Positions 1 to 12,185 of a stretch of 64,000 nt of DNA are shown in pieces. Each line of letters opens with the position of its first letter. The first letter of the stretch is position 1. The DNA comes from Azolla caroliniana (taxonomy: Eukaryota > Plantae > Polypodiophyta), in contig JBHGNT010000013.1 of assembly GCA_043228905.1 (NCBI GenBank), forward strand, positions 18,662,001 to 18,726,000, in the 5' to 3' direction. The position numbers were made by a program, and so were the translations under genes. The notes below the pieces were generated by a model, which saw only the letters and a program-made list of their open reading frames with translations, had not been told where the DNA came from and searched no databases.

Positions 1-655
1 TTTTTTATTAGTGCCACTTTTGAAACTTTATTTAAAATGTGATAGATCTTTCAACCTCCGTTTGAATTGGCTTTGCACAAACCTCAAGTCAAATGCATTC
101 ATATTTCTAGAGTTTTCTCATCTTTAAGAACAATTCATTTACATCGAGTTGTAAGTGTGAATGGACTTGGTTACTTTGGTGGTGCATTGGAATTGACCTC
201 CTTCTAGTAAATAAGTCAATACCTAAAGTTTTGAAGACTTGGTTCATTTGCATATCAATCTAATCTCAACACTGCTAACACTAGATAAAAATATATGCTC
301 ATTCTAACTTTGACATCACCCCCACTCATTTTTGTGACCTTTTTCTTGACAAGAGAAATAGTAAAAAAAACTATCATCACATGCATTATCCCCTAAACCT
401 TACAAAAGCTTTCTATTTGAGTTGGGTTCATCTCAACCTAGATCTTTGGGTGATCCTTCGCCCTCATCTAACTAGGTCATCATCTTCCCTTTAGACCATG
501 GCCAACATGGATTTTAGACAATGCAATTTTCAACATCTAGAGTACATTGAGATTTTCCTTTTTAGTGTATTCTAATCGCCTTCACCTCCTCCCTCCCATC
601 TTCGTACTTTGTTTGGTTAGAGACCAAATTGATCACATCGAAGAAATATTTGATG

Positions 656-914
656 CTAACACTTTATCATCTTAAGGACCCCCAGTTTTACTTGGTTGTT
701 AGTACTTTTATCAAGGTAATTCTCCTATAAACCTTGTTGTTGCTAAACCTCATGAACTAAGTTAGACAACATTATCTTTCTTGTGCCCAATCTAGGCCGT
801 TTCTTTGATGTGATCAATTTGGTCTCTAACACTTTATCATCTTAAGGACCCCCATTTTTACTTGGTTGTTAGTACTTTTATCAAGGTAATTCTCCTATAA
901 ACCTTGTTGTTGCT
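656..914. repeat. ~90-bp direct repeat upstream of gammaCA
   Basis: ctaacactttatcatcttaaggacccccaKttttacttgg..tataaaccttgttgttgct at 656-744 and 826-914. Confidence 0.85.
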
Positions 915-1190
915 GGGGGGGGGGTATGGGTGCCCAGCCCATCATTATCATTGGCTTCATAGTGATGATGGGGGGGGGTATGGGTGACCCTAATACATAC
1001 AAAGGAGGGGTATTTTTGGGAATTTCCCAAAAGTATAGAGAGAGCTGAAAGACTTCCATCATCTGTGCAGAGAGAGGCTGTTGTATGAGAGAGATTCCTC
1101 TGCATTTCTCCATTGATTGTGTGTGTGTGTGTGTGTGTGTGTGTCTGAGAAGTCCCAGAAGACCCAGGAGGAGGAGGAGGAGGAGAAGTT

Positions 1191-3902
1191 ATGGGATCCT
1201 TAGGTAAGGCTGTCTATTACATGGGACATTGGATCAGAGGAGCAGGGCAAGCTCTCGATCGAGTTGGATCTGCTCTGCAGGGTCGCCATGCATTTCAAGA
1301 ACACAGTAAGTTTCTTTTATCTATCTCTATGTTAATGTATACTTGTGGATTTCTTCTCCTTCTGAGAAACAAATGCTAGAACTTTCTCATAAACCTTCAA
1401 ACTGAGTTTAGTTTTAACCAATTATCCATCTCTATGTGTACGTATCAGTCTGGATTTTTTCTTCTCGTGAGAAACAAATTCTAGAACTTTCTCGTAAACC
1501 TTCAAACAGAGTTTAGTTTTAACATAAGGACTATTTTTTTTGTTAGAATAAATTTTGTTACCTGCGCTTTCCGCAAAAAAAGGCTAACGTTTTTAAGAGA
1601 CCCTTGAAATATGCTTTTAGAAACGCCAGAAACAACACACAATTTTTTTATCTTTACAAAAGGACTAGTGTTTTTTAAAGGAACCCTAGACAAGGAATAA
1701 CCATATTGTGATAATAGCGAGTTTTATTCAAATATTTTTGCTGAAAGAAAGAGAAATGTGAAGGATTTGAGATTTGAATGGTTCAAGAACTGAAGCCAAA
1801 TTATGTTAAATTATTGGTGTTTTTTGTATTTTTACCATACTTCTTGAGCTGTTGGTTCTCTATGTATACATACACACACACACACGTCTATAGGTTACCT
1901 ACATTGATAATGTATGGTCAAATAAGGCTAATTACCAATATTCATGCAAATTAAACTGCAAATTGTTGTCATAGCGAAGTCACATCATACGTGTATGCTC
2001 ATTTATTCACCGCCAGTGGTATAGATTTATACTGTATTCTCATGGTTCTTATTAATGGAGCATTGAGAATAACATCACAATATGCTTAGGTTATGTTAAA
2101 ACACCATTTTGCAAAGATGTGCATGTTGTCCTATTTATGGGTACTCAATAAATATGTGGTGAATTTGGTACATGAATCTAACTACTTGATTGAGGGTTTT
2201 TAAAAGAATTATCATTGGTTTTAACTTTTGATGGTATTTAATGCATTTTTTCTTGATTCCCATTGTTTTAGCTTCAAAGCATCGCACCCTTATGAACCTA
2301 AATGGCAAAGCTCCAAGTGTCGCTCAAAATGCTTTTGTTGCCCCTGGTGCATCAGTTATTGGAGATGTAAAAGTGGGTGCTAACTCGTCGATATGGTATG
2401 GATGTGTTCTCAGAGGTAAGCCTGAAAATACTGAAAATAATTCATTCCATATACTGGTTGAATGCTCATCATTATCTGTTTCTCACAAAACATGAAAACT
2501 TGCTTTTTATACAGGAGATGTCAATAGCATTAGTGTTGGCTCAGAAACCAACATTCAAGATAATACCCTTGTCCATGTTGCCCAAACCAATATCAGTGGT
2601 AATGTGAGGCCAACCGTTATTGGTAGCAGAGTGACGATAGGTAAATCCTTTTAGTTTGTGCTTAATGTCAATTACAACTTGTTTTGTAGTTCCCATCTCG
2701 TTAGTGGATTTTTACATATAGTTCTATCACATTGTTTTGATTTGGTTATTAGTTCCATTGCTTTAATTCGATTTTCAATCCATATTGGCAATCAAAACTC
2801 CATTAATACTCCTTAAAATATTTGGTATGTATCAGAATACCTAGAAGATTTTTCAGAATTTATTATAATATCCCTGTATATCAGAATAGTGTTCAACTAG
2901 ATGGGCACAACATTTTTTGTTTTTGTGAAAACTTATTGTTTACTCTGGTAGAAGTACCCAACAAGGTGAGATTTTTTTGGAGTGTTTTTGTTGCGCATAA
3001 TGTATTTTAGAGATAGCTCTATTTGGTTGTATGCTCATCGCAATGGTGTATTTATAGTGTATACTTGGATGTAGAACAGGGCATAATGCTGTGATACATG
3101 GATGCACAATAGAAGATGATGCATTTGTTGGTATGGGAGCAACTCTTCTTGATGGTGTTCATGTTGAGAAGAATGCCATGGTTGCTGCCGGGGCTGTGGT
3201 GAAACAACATACTCGGGTTCCAACAGGAGAGGTAAGAATTTACTAGCCCTTTTTGCAAGAGATACACTTGCATATATACCATACTATTTAGGAGATCAAA
3301 GCAGAGAAAGCAGATTAAAATCACAAAATTTCACTTCTGTTTTAACCTGAGAAAATCTATTGTTAGGTTGTTGCAAAGCATCTTGTGCTACGAATGCCTT
3401 GTGTTAGGATCACTCACTTCTGCATACATCCTTAACTTAATAAGTATATGATTAACTGATAAAACAATATGAAAATTTAAAATTTTAAGTTCACACAAAC
3501 CACGTACATTCATCTCTGATTGATATGATATAGCCTTTATTAAAATCTTAACAGATTTGAGTTGATAACATAGTTATTCTTCTAAATGTTGATTGTTTTG
3601 CATTTTTGTAATGTTATTTTTTCTTCCATTTATCATAAAAGGTGTGGGCAGGAACGCCAGCTAAGTTGCTCCGGAAATTGTCTACTGAAGAGATGGAGTT
3701 CTTCGGCAAAGCAGCCGAAAATTATGTGAAACTTGCAGCCACACACAGAGATGAAAATCGAAAAACCTATCAAGAAATCGAGGCAGACAAAGTCATCAGG
3801 AAGAAATGGGAAGTTCAAAGTGACGATTACGATTCACATATCGGTGTATTCCGGGACAAACAACCTGCCCATGTCGCCTCAAGAGATCCCACTTTGGTTT
3901 AA
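1191..3902 (+). CDS. GAMMACA: Gamma carbonic anhydrase (mitochondrial complex I CA subunit), 5 exons
   Basis: Exons 1191-1305, 2272-2415, 2515-2640, 3080-3231, 3642-3902 with GT-AG introns splice in frame. Protein MGSLGKAVYYMGHWIRGAGQALDRVG..SKHRTLMN..IWYGCVLRGDVNSISVG..NIQDNTLVHVA..VTIGHNAVIHGCTIED..VWAGTPAKLLRKL shows hexapeptide repeats and the three His ligands of plant gammaCA1/2. Confidence 0.95.
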
Positions 3903-5528
3903 ATGCTCTCTTTATTTTTACAAGGTTTTTAATTCTCTTATCTACTAATGGTACGGAAATGTTCCTTCAAAATTTTCATGATTTTTGGATTTGAATTGAA
4001 AAGTTTCTTGGTCGTTCTGGAATGGAAAATGGAGGCTCCTTTAGAGAGTTCCCAACCTAGTTGTTTAGCCTCGAATTTGATTGTTATGGTTAAATAAGGG
4101 CACTTGACAACTAACAAAATCTCCGATTGGAGGTTTATAAATAAAGAAGTTCTTCCTGATTAAATTTTGTTTCCTTTATTCCTTGGTGTTCTTTTAATGC
4201 TCATACGTCAAAAATCAAATTTCGGTTTTTAGTTTTATGATATTCCCCATGAAATGACAGAAGATAATGCATTTGGCAACGAATGAATATCTTATGAGAG
4301 GTTTAAGATGAATTGATTCCTTTTTGTCACCTATGTATTTTCCTGTCAATGTAATATTAATTACTGGCATTTTTCTTGTAACTTGTCGGTCAAGTAGAAT
4401 GTAGTTATGACTTGGGAGAGAAGCCTATTAAAATGTGTGCATCTAGAAACGAATGTATGAGTTGTCTGACAATATGTCAAGTATTTGTCCATAGACATAG
4501 AAATTAAAAATACGTTGCATTCATTTTCGATGGACAGAAGTCTTCACACCAGATGTATTGGGGCTTGGCATACTTTCTATTCAATATCACATTATTGATC
4601 TCATCAATACCCTTTTAAGGTATAAACCTGAGTAGCAACTAATCTTGACAAATCTAGAGCAACTTTTAAGCACTGCAAATGCTCTAATATGCAGTGGTGA
4701 GTCCTTAGTAGTATGGAGTTACTAAAATGAGGACATAATTTGTGGGATGCCAATAATGGAACACAGAAATCAGCTATGAAAACTAGTTGTACATTTAAAT
4801 TGAAGAAAATAGTCCCGAGTAGAAGACAGTAAAGTAATAATCTCTTTGCAACTTTGTCTGACTATTCCTAGAGCTACCAGTGTACTGAATTGGGCAGCCC
4901 ATTTCAATACAACCTATTGTATGGTAAAGCACAATATGAAGGAGTTGCCTTTATACAAATTGTAAATTCACATGTTGGAGTTTTAAAACGCTCTTCTTCA
5001 TAGTTCCAAATCTCAACAATTGGGGGTTAATGTTGCATTTATTATAATCCTCGCTATGAGATCATGCACATTAACAATTGGCTCCTGCAAAAGTGTACCT
5101 TCAAGAATATAAGGGTTTTTTAGAATTCCAATATCTTGAAAATGATGGATGGCACACTACCCTCTAAAATCCAAATTTACAGATGACAAAAAGAAAGTGC
5201 AAGCAAATACATATAAGTTGAGTTCTTCTCCCGGGCATCAAATTCATGTCTAAAGCTAAGCTTGCATGCATAATGGAATCTAGAGAGAGGACTAGGGTTC
5301 GTTCTCATGCAATATTAAAGGAATGAGTGCATGGAATATAAGGGATTGGGATTTTTACTGAGAGAATCGTTATATATTTGAAGTATGATTTTTGAATAGA
5401 CCTACAAATGCTAATATTTCGAAGGACAAAAGAGGAAGAGATTGTTTTGGCAGAACAGAAGTGTACTAGAAGAAGAAGAAGAAGAAGAAGTTAGTAGTAA
5501 TAAGTAGTAGTGTAGGGGGGAAGTAAAG

Positions 5529-6484
5529 ATGGGCGGAGAGGAGAGAAGGATTGTGGTGGGCATGGATGAGAGCGAGCATAGCTTTCATGCTCTCCAGTGG
5601 GCTCTCCAGACTCTTATCCTTCCATCCACACAGCCTTCATCAAATGACCACATCATCCTTGTCCATGCCAAGACCTCCCAAACAGCTGGTCTTGGTGGCC
5701 CAGGTACTGCTTTTTTTCTGATAAATATATACTTTAACAAGATCAATTAGCTCTTCTTTTTTGAACTTGTTTGCTTCTTTTTTTTAATGACTTTCAGGAT
5801 ACATCATAAGTGCAGAGTTGCTATACTCCATGGAGAAATCTCGAGAGCGCGAAATTGAGAATTTCATGACAAAAGCCCTCTCCTTGTGTGAAGAGAACAA
5901 GGTATATAATATAGCCAGCCCATTATTACCAACACGTCGTGTTTGTTTTCTGTCTGTTGCTTCAATGTCTTCATGCATCAATTTTGAGATTGCCATGCAA
6001 TTCACTAATCCATAAAATGTGTGTGTATGTATTGAATTTGCAGAGTAATTTTAACCTATTGAAATTACTTCCTTTTTTAATCATGAATCAGATATCTTGT
6101 ATTAAACTTTTGTAGGTAAAAGCAGAGTCCAAAGTTATACCAGGGGATCCTAGAGAGGTGATTTGCGACGTGGTCCAAAATGTTAACGCAAATTACCTGG
6201 TGATAGGTAGCCATGGCTATGGAGCAATCAAGAGGTAATGACATGAATGCAGATCATTATTAGCTAGTTAGTTTATGTTGAATTCTCACATGTTAGGGTT
6301 ACATATATTCCAATTCTCATTAGATATGTGTACATATATATAATGGTAGTTCATGCCAGATTTTTTCTATATTTATAACTGTTTATTTATGTTTGGGTTC
6401 AATGTGTGCAGAGCAGTGCTCGGAAGTGTGAGTGACTATTGCGCTCGTCATGCGAAATGCCCTGTGGTGATTGTAAGGAAATGA
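5529..6484 (+). CDS. Universal stress protein A-like (USP) protein, 4 exons
   Basis: Exons 5529-5703, 5798-5901, 6116-6234, 6412-6484. Motifs RRIVVGMDESEHSFHALQWAL, GDPREVICD and [34 protein letters not shown] (USP ATP-binding signature). Confidence 0.95.
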
Positions 6485-8283
6485 TTTACAGATGTAGGTC
6501 TAGGGTTTTGGCCCATTAATCAAGGGGTTTTACCATTGGCTACTTTCTTTCTTGTAAAAGATGATCATATCTTTTCTAGGATATATGTACATATGATTTT
6601 GTCACTAGTCAAAATAAAAGGTTAATTGTTTTGTTAAAATAGAGTTACCAAATGTACTTGAAGCGCTTAATCACTTGCTTGGAAATAGTATTATTTGTCA
6701 CTAAAGAGTGCGTTAATAGTTCTCTCTTACATTAAGGATATCGGAGTTTTCCCTACTAAGTATCCACAAATATAGTTCATTTTTGACAGAAGGAGAAAAA
6801 GAATATATTATTTATGTAATTCCATAATCTCTTCAAATAATAGTTAGTACATCTCTCATTTGCATTTGCTATTGATATTTGACCTTGGCCTTTCTTAATG
6901 TAGAGTTACCATGGCGGGAGAGATTGTGCTAGATGTAGTTCTTGTGCATTACCACATGCAATATTTTAATACCTTCTTTTTCATGGTTACAAAAAGTAAT
7001 TTGAGTTGATGTTGCCAATTTATCATTGTCTTGGGTGTTGGATCTCTTTTACCATTGTCAAACAAAGCTTCATAATTATAGTCAATCCTTACACATTTGC
7101 TTTGATAGGTTTGATTCCATGATACTAATATGCATAGATAACAAAATTTTGTGGAGGTGATTAACAAATTGCATAGATAAGCAAATTCATTCATATTGTA
7201 ATGGGCACTTAACAAGTTGCAAGGATAAGCATATATTATTTCAAACTCAGGTGCGGCTTCACCTCTTTAAGAATATGGAGGGGAGAACACTGAAGGAGTC
7301 TGTCTAACTTTAGGCTAATGGCAATTGAGCATGAGGCAACATGGACACATATGGATAGAGCAATCTCTGAGTTATGTCTCCCATGCATTACATTTTTTAA
7401 CTGGCAACATGGACAACAGTGATTATACACATGATTTTGAACATGTGATAGATGTGATTATATTTTTGATTGCTTGCAAGTAGATATACATTTAAGTATA
7501 TGTACCGATAATGGCATTCATTCATGTATATGACCAACATGTTTCTTCTCATTTCTCATTTATGATAACCATTGTTTACTACAGCTGCACCAACACAATG
7601 GACCCAAGTATATAGTTATGGTTTATACTGGAAAACTTAACCTTAATCCTGAAAACAGTTTGGAGCCAATATGACGTGATTAATCATCTATCAGATCAAT
7701 GTGTGATGAAAATGATGTTAAGGAAGCCCCTATTGAATAATTACAATTTAATAGCATGTGCTTTGGTTTAGCATTACCTGCTAGAATTGTTCAATCTTCA
7801 ATGAAATTAGAAAATAGTGCACAATGGTAACAGTTGAGCTCAATATTAGACCAGAACGCATGTGTCAACTCCAATACACTTGGATCTCTGAAACAAGCCA
7901 TCTGTAAAATGTGTATCACATTGCATTCTCAGAAAATGGTTAGCTTAAATGGATTTCAATTTCATAAGTATAAATATGCAGAAAGCAATAACCATGAAAC
8001 ATATCTATAGGTTCATAAAACAAGTTGCATAAACATACAATACTAACACCTTTGAACATGCTAGCATACCTTTACTCTTCTTTTGTATGGCAACAACTGG
8101 ACATCATTAACCTTAACGTGACAGACTTCTTGAAAAATGGCTAGTTTTCATTCAGAACTAAAACTTTATATATAATGGATAGAAAGGCAATGCTACTTCC
8201 ATTTAGTATTATTTTCTCATATATAACTCAATCTAACACGAAATAAGATTCACATGACCTCCAAACCCCATATATGTTCAATT

Positions 8284-10182
8284 TTATATATACTGTGATA
8301 GCCACATGAACCCTTCACCATACCCAGCTTTTCTTACAGTACTACACATAAAAACCTCAATAGCTCTCACATTTGTATCTCCAAGATTCACTTTCCTTTG
8401 CCAGTAGTGTAGTTTGAAAGCCCTAGATAATACCTTAGCTCTTCCTCTGATGCTGCAATGGGTATATCTATCTTGTTTCCAAGAATAAGAAATGGCACAC
8501 CAGCCAATGAATCATCGGAAAGCAGCCCATCAAGCTCTTTCTTAGATTCAGGAAAACGCTCTCGATCAGCTGCATCAACTAGGTATACAATTCCATCTAC
8601 CTACAATTGGCACACAAAATACTTTAATTTAATGCTCTCTAGAGATCTACTCATACTAGGAAAAACTTAGAAATACCACTAGGTCTTTCTTAATTCCCAC
8701 CAAAGTCTCCAGATTTTTTGTTATTTCCCCAAATGCCCTTGGTAAAGATCCTCTCAAGCAAATATGTGGTCTGTTCATCCCTATTTTTATGTGCTATACG
8801 AGCCATCATATAGTGAATTCACCCACCCTTTTTTCCTCTCCATCTTTTTGGGATTGACAGGGGAATCTAGGGAAACTGTGATTTCCAGGTTTTCCCTTAT
8901 TATTATTCTACCTTCACATAGTAATCTTTCCAAACTCTTCTTGCAATCAGATGGCCACCCAAATCAAATGCTTTGAAGTTGATCTTGCCGATGGTTAATT
9001 CTTCCGAAGTAGGATGTTGTGTTGGCTGATGTTGAACTAATCTCTGCATGACACAACAAGATTTATTTTAGTTTTCAACTTCCAAAGATAGAATGCAAAC
9101 ATATTAAGCAATGCTTTGAAGATCAAAACACTTCCTAGCAAACAAAGCATCAATGCGCAGGAAAACACATGGATATGAAATCATGCAAATTTTGGTTCAT
9201 CAAACGCATTCATGAGCAACATTCATTATTGCATTTTTTATCCTCCACTTTCTCAATCATGAGAATGAGATTTTCAACATACATTATTACCTCCTTATAT
9301 GGTACTCTCATAGTTGTGAAAAGAAAATAAGCATGAACATTAAAATTTAAAAACAATATTAATAGAAGCTGCAAAGAGCAATCATTGACCTATATCAAAA
9401 CATATCCTTGCAATCTTTTAATATACCAGGGAGTATCCAGATAATTCAATAATTTTCTCTCTACATGACAAACCAATATATTGCCAATTTCTTGCATTAT
9501 ATTTTATGTTATCTAATATACAGAAAATATGGAACTTAAAAGTAATCAATCAAAAACCTTCATGAAAGGCATTAAATGCTCTGGAGTCAACCAATTTCTC
9601 ATTCTTATTGTGCATCTGAATTCCTGGCCAAACTCTCATATCAAAACTTAATCCATTCATTGAATATCAGAAACTGTCGAAACAGGAACCAAACTTATAT
9701 ATAGATTTGATTATCCAGAAATTTTAACCGTGAAACGCATACGAAAATGCAGATCAATAAAAGTTTGTCATCCAAATTTAAAAACTTTGAATGTCTTCCA
9801 CGAGCGCAAATTCCAGTACACCTGTAAAGCATGATTAAACAGAGCCTGAATTCCTTCAGAAATCTTTTGAAACCCATAGGAAAGGATTTGGTTCTTTCTT
9901 TCGACAATGCAAAATTTATCTTTCAATCGTCCGAAGTCCTTAACAAAACACAAATTGGTTCTTTCTTTCAAAAACTGAAATTCCTTCAAAACTCCTCATG
10001 AAATTTTAACGAAAGGAATCAACAAACGAACGAACAGGAAGAAGGGAATTACCTCTCCCACGAGCATACGAAGCAAGGTAGTTTTTGCCTGCGTTGTCGA
10101 GACCGAGGAAGAGAACCTTGGCCTCCTTATTCCAGAGACCGAGCGAGGCGAGAAGGCCATAGAACCAGTCCACCAGGAACAT
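8284..10182 (-). pseudogene. SAR1: SAR1 small GTPase (COPII), 3 exons, two frameshifts as assembled
   Basis: Exons 10182-10053, 9043-8912, 8600-8284. [79 protein letters not shown]. One extra A follows GK in exon 1 and one base is missing at GKGK|VNL in exon 3. Could be assembly error rather than true pseudogene. Confidence 0.88.
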
Positions 10183-10268
10183 CTCTGTCTACAAAGTCTC
10201 TCTCTCTCTCTAAGCCGTTCACTGTCTATATGTGCGTCTCTGTGTCCCTGTATCTGAGACGCAGAGCA

Positions 10269-10300
10269 AGGGTTTAGGGTTTAGGGTTTAGGGTTCAGGG
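10269..10300 (-). promoter_or_regulatory. Telo-box / interstitial (TTTAGGG)n cluster upstream of SAR1
   Basis: agggtttagggtttagggtttagggttcaggg about 90 bp upstream of the SAR1 ATG; reads as tandem AAACCCTA on the gene strand. Confidence 0.6.
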
Positions 10301-12185
10301 CACAGGGATTCCCCACGCTTCTTCTTAGAGTAGACATAAGCCTGAGGTTGTTAAAGTTTCTTAATCTCTTTAATCACATCTTAATTGCGATTAACAATCT
10401 GGGTTATGATGGTTAATGATGATGATTAGTGTTAGCGCTAGTGTTATAGGGATGGAATTTGGTCATGAATTCCAATGTTAAATTTGGGCATGATGTCGGT
10501 CACCCATCTCCCTCCTCTCTAGAGAGAGTTCTTTGGTGACCACGATAGCAACACTCATGTATTACATTGAAACGAGAGCCAGGATCACACGATACATACA
10601 TTTTGGTAACAAATGTGTGTCGTATAATGCATTATTCGGGTTTGATTTAGAACGATCATGTAGGCAAAGGGTTTGGAAATCAGGCATTCATATCCAATTG
10701 CATCCTCTTAGAGGAGACTTGCCTCTCTATTGGGTGACTTCTGCTTTGGGATCTCGAGTGTTATGGTGTGGTGTGGTGTAACAAAATAATTTGAATGTTG
10801 CCATTATCACCCAGTTATCACCTCAAGAGATGTGAAACCTTGTTTCATCTACTCCACATTTGTCCCATGTATGATACTTTTTCTTGTCACAAATTACCCA
10901 TAGCATATATTCAAAGGTTCCTCCTCATCAACTATTAAACTTGTTTTGGGTTATCAGGGTTTTTACCATGAGAACTTGAGCCATTTTGCCATTCTTTTTG
11001 CATAGGTTAATAGTAACTCTTGCATTGTTTGTCATGATCAAAATTTTGGGTGATTAGCTTCCGGTTGATATTGGTTAGCTTAGGTTCCCGTCAAATAACC
11101 CTATTATGTTTGTTGCATCTCTCATAACAACATTGGGCATTTTCATGCTCTATTTTTGTAATGTTTGTCAACTATGTTGTAAATATTCTTTGTGGATTTT
11201 TACTTTACTTTGAGGCCCCATTAGTAATAGTCATGCAATGCATGCCTGGAAAAAAAACTTGTAACATTGGATGTCCATATGCGTATCAGTATGTATGTTT
11301 TAGTTCATGTTAATTGTGTACATAATTTGTGAAGGCAATTAATTTCACATTGTGCTTTAGGATGGAATGTTTAGTTGACTTTTTGTTTTGGCATAAATAC
11401 TCACCAAAAGAAAGACTCGCTTGGCCAAGTGAGTCAAATAAGCTAAACAAAAGTTTTGATTCTTGTATTTTGATTGTACGGATACATCTCACCACAAGGT
11501 TTGTGTAGTTGTATTTCATTTTTTCTTACGTATGTCTTGATCAAGTGAACATGTTCGCTTGTAAGTGTGCCAATTGTCTCCAATTTTCTGATAGATTGAG
11601 CTTTACAATTTTAGGTAGAAACAATAGCGACAAGATAATGCACCCCATCACATTTACCAATCATGATTCATTACCTCTCTTTGGAAAAATTTGTGTTTAT
11701 TTAAGCCCATGTATGATAGCATTTGACAAATCTATGATTCGTACACCATCAATTGTATCATGTTATTGATATGATTCTCAATAGATTGTATACCCATTGA
11801 GGGTGCAAAGAATCTCAATATATTAGATATTGATCAATAATCATTAGATTCTTCAATATTTTTCAAAGTCTTATCCAAGAAGAAAGTAACTTACATGTAT
11901 TCATTGGTGTATATATTTCTTGCTTTACAAAACCTTGTATATGCATTAGTAAACATACAATGTGATGTCACAAATACTCCTATAATTCATACACATAAAG
12001 GATGAGCCGAAAAGTTTAGAATTAAGTAGTTAAAGAGTGTAGTCATGTATATCTTCATGTATAACTTATAAGCATGAGGACATACACATACACACATTAC
12101 TCTTATGTATGCTCAAATTTTCCACTGTACAAAATACAATATATAAGTGAGAGAAAAAAACTACAAAAATGAACTTGATCATGTT

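Noticed and set aside
1362-1522. ~55-bp repeat in gammaCA intron 1
   Set aside because: Ordinary local tandem duplication with no structure or coding signal.
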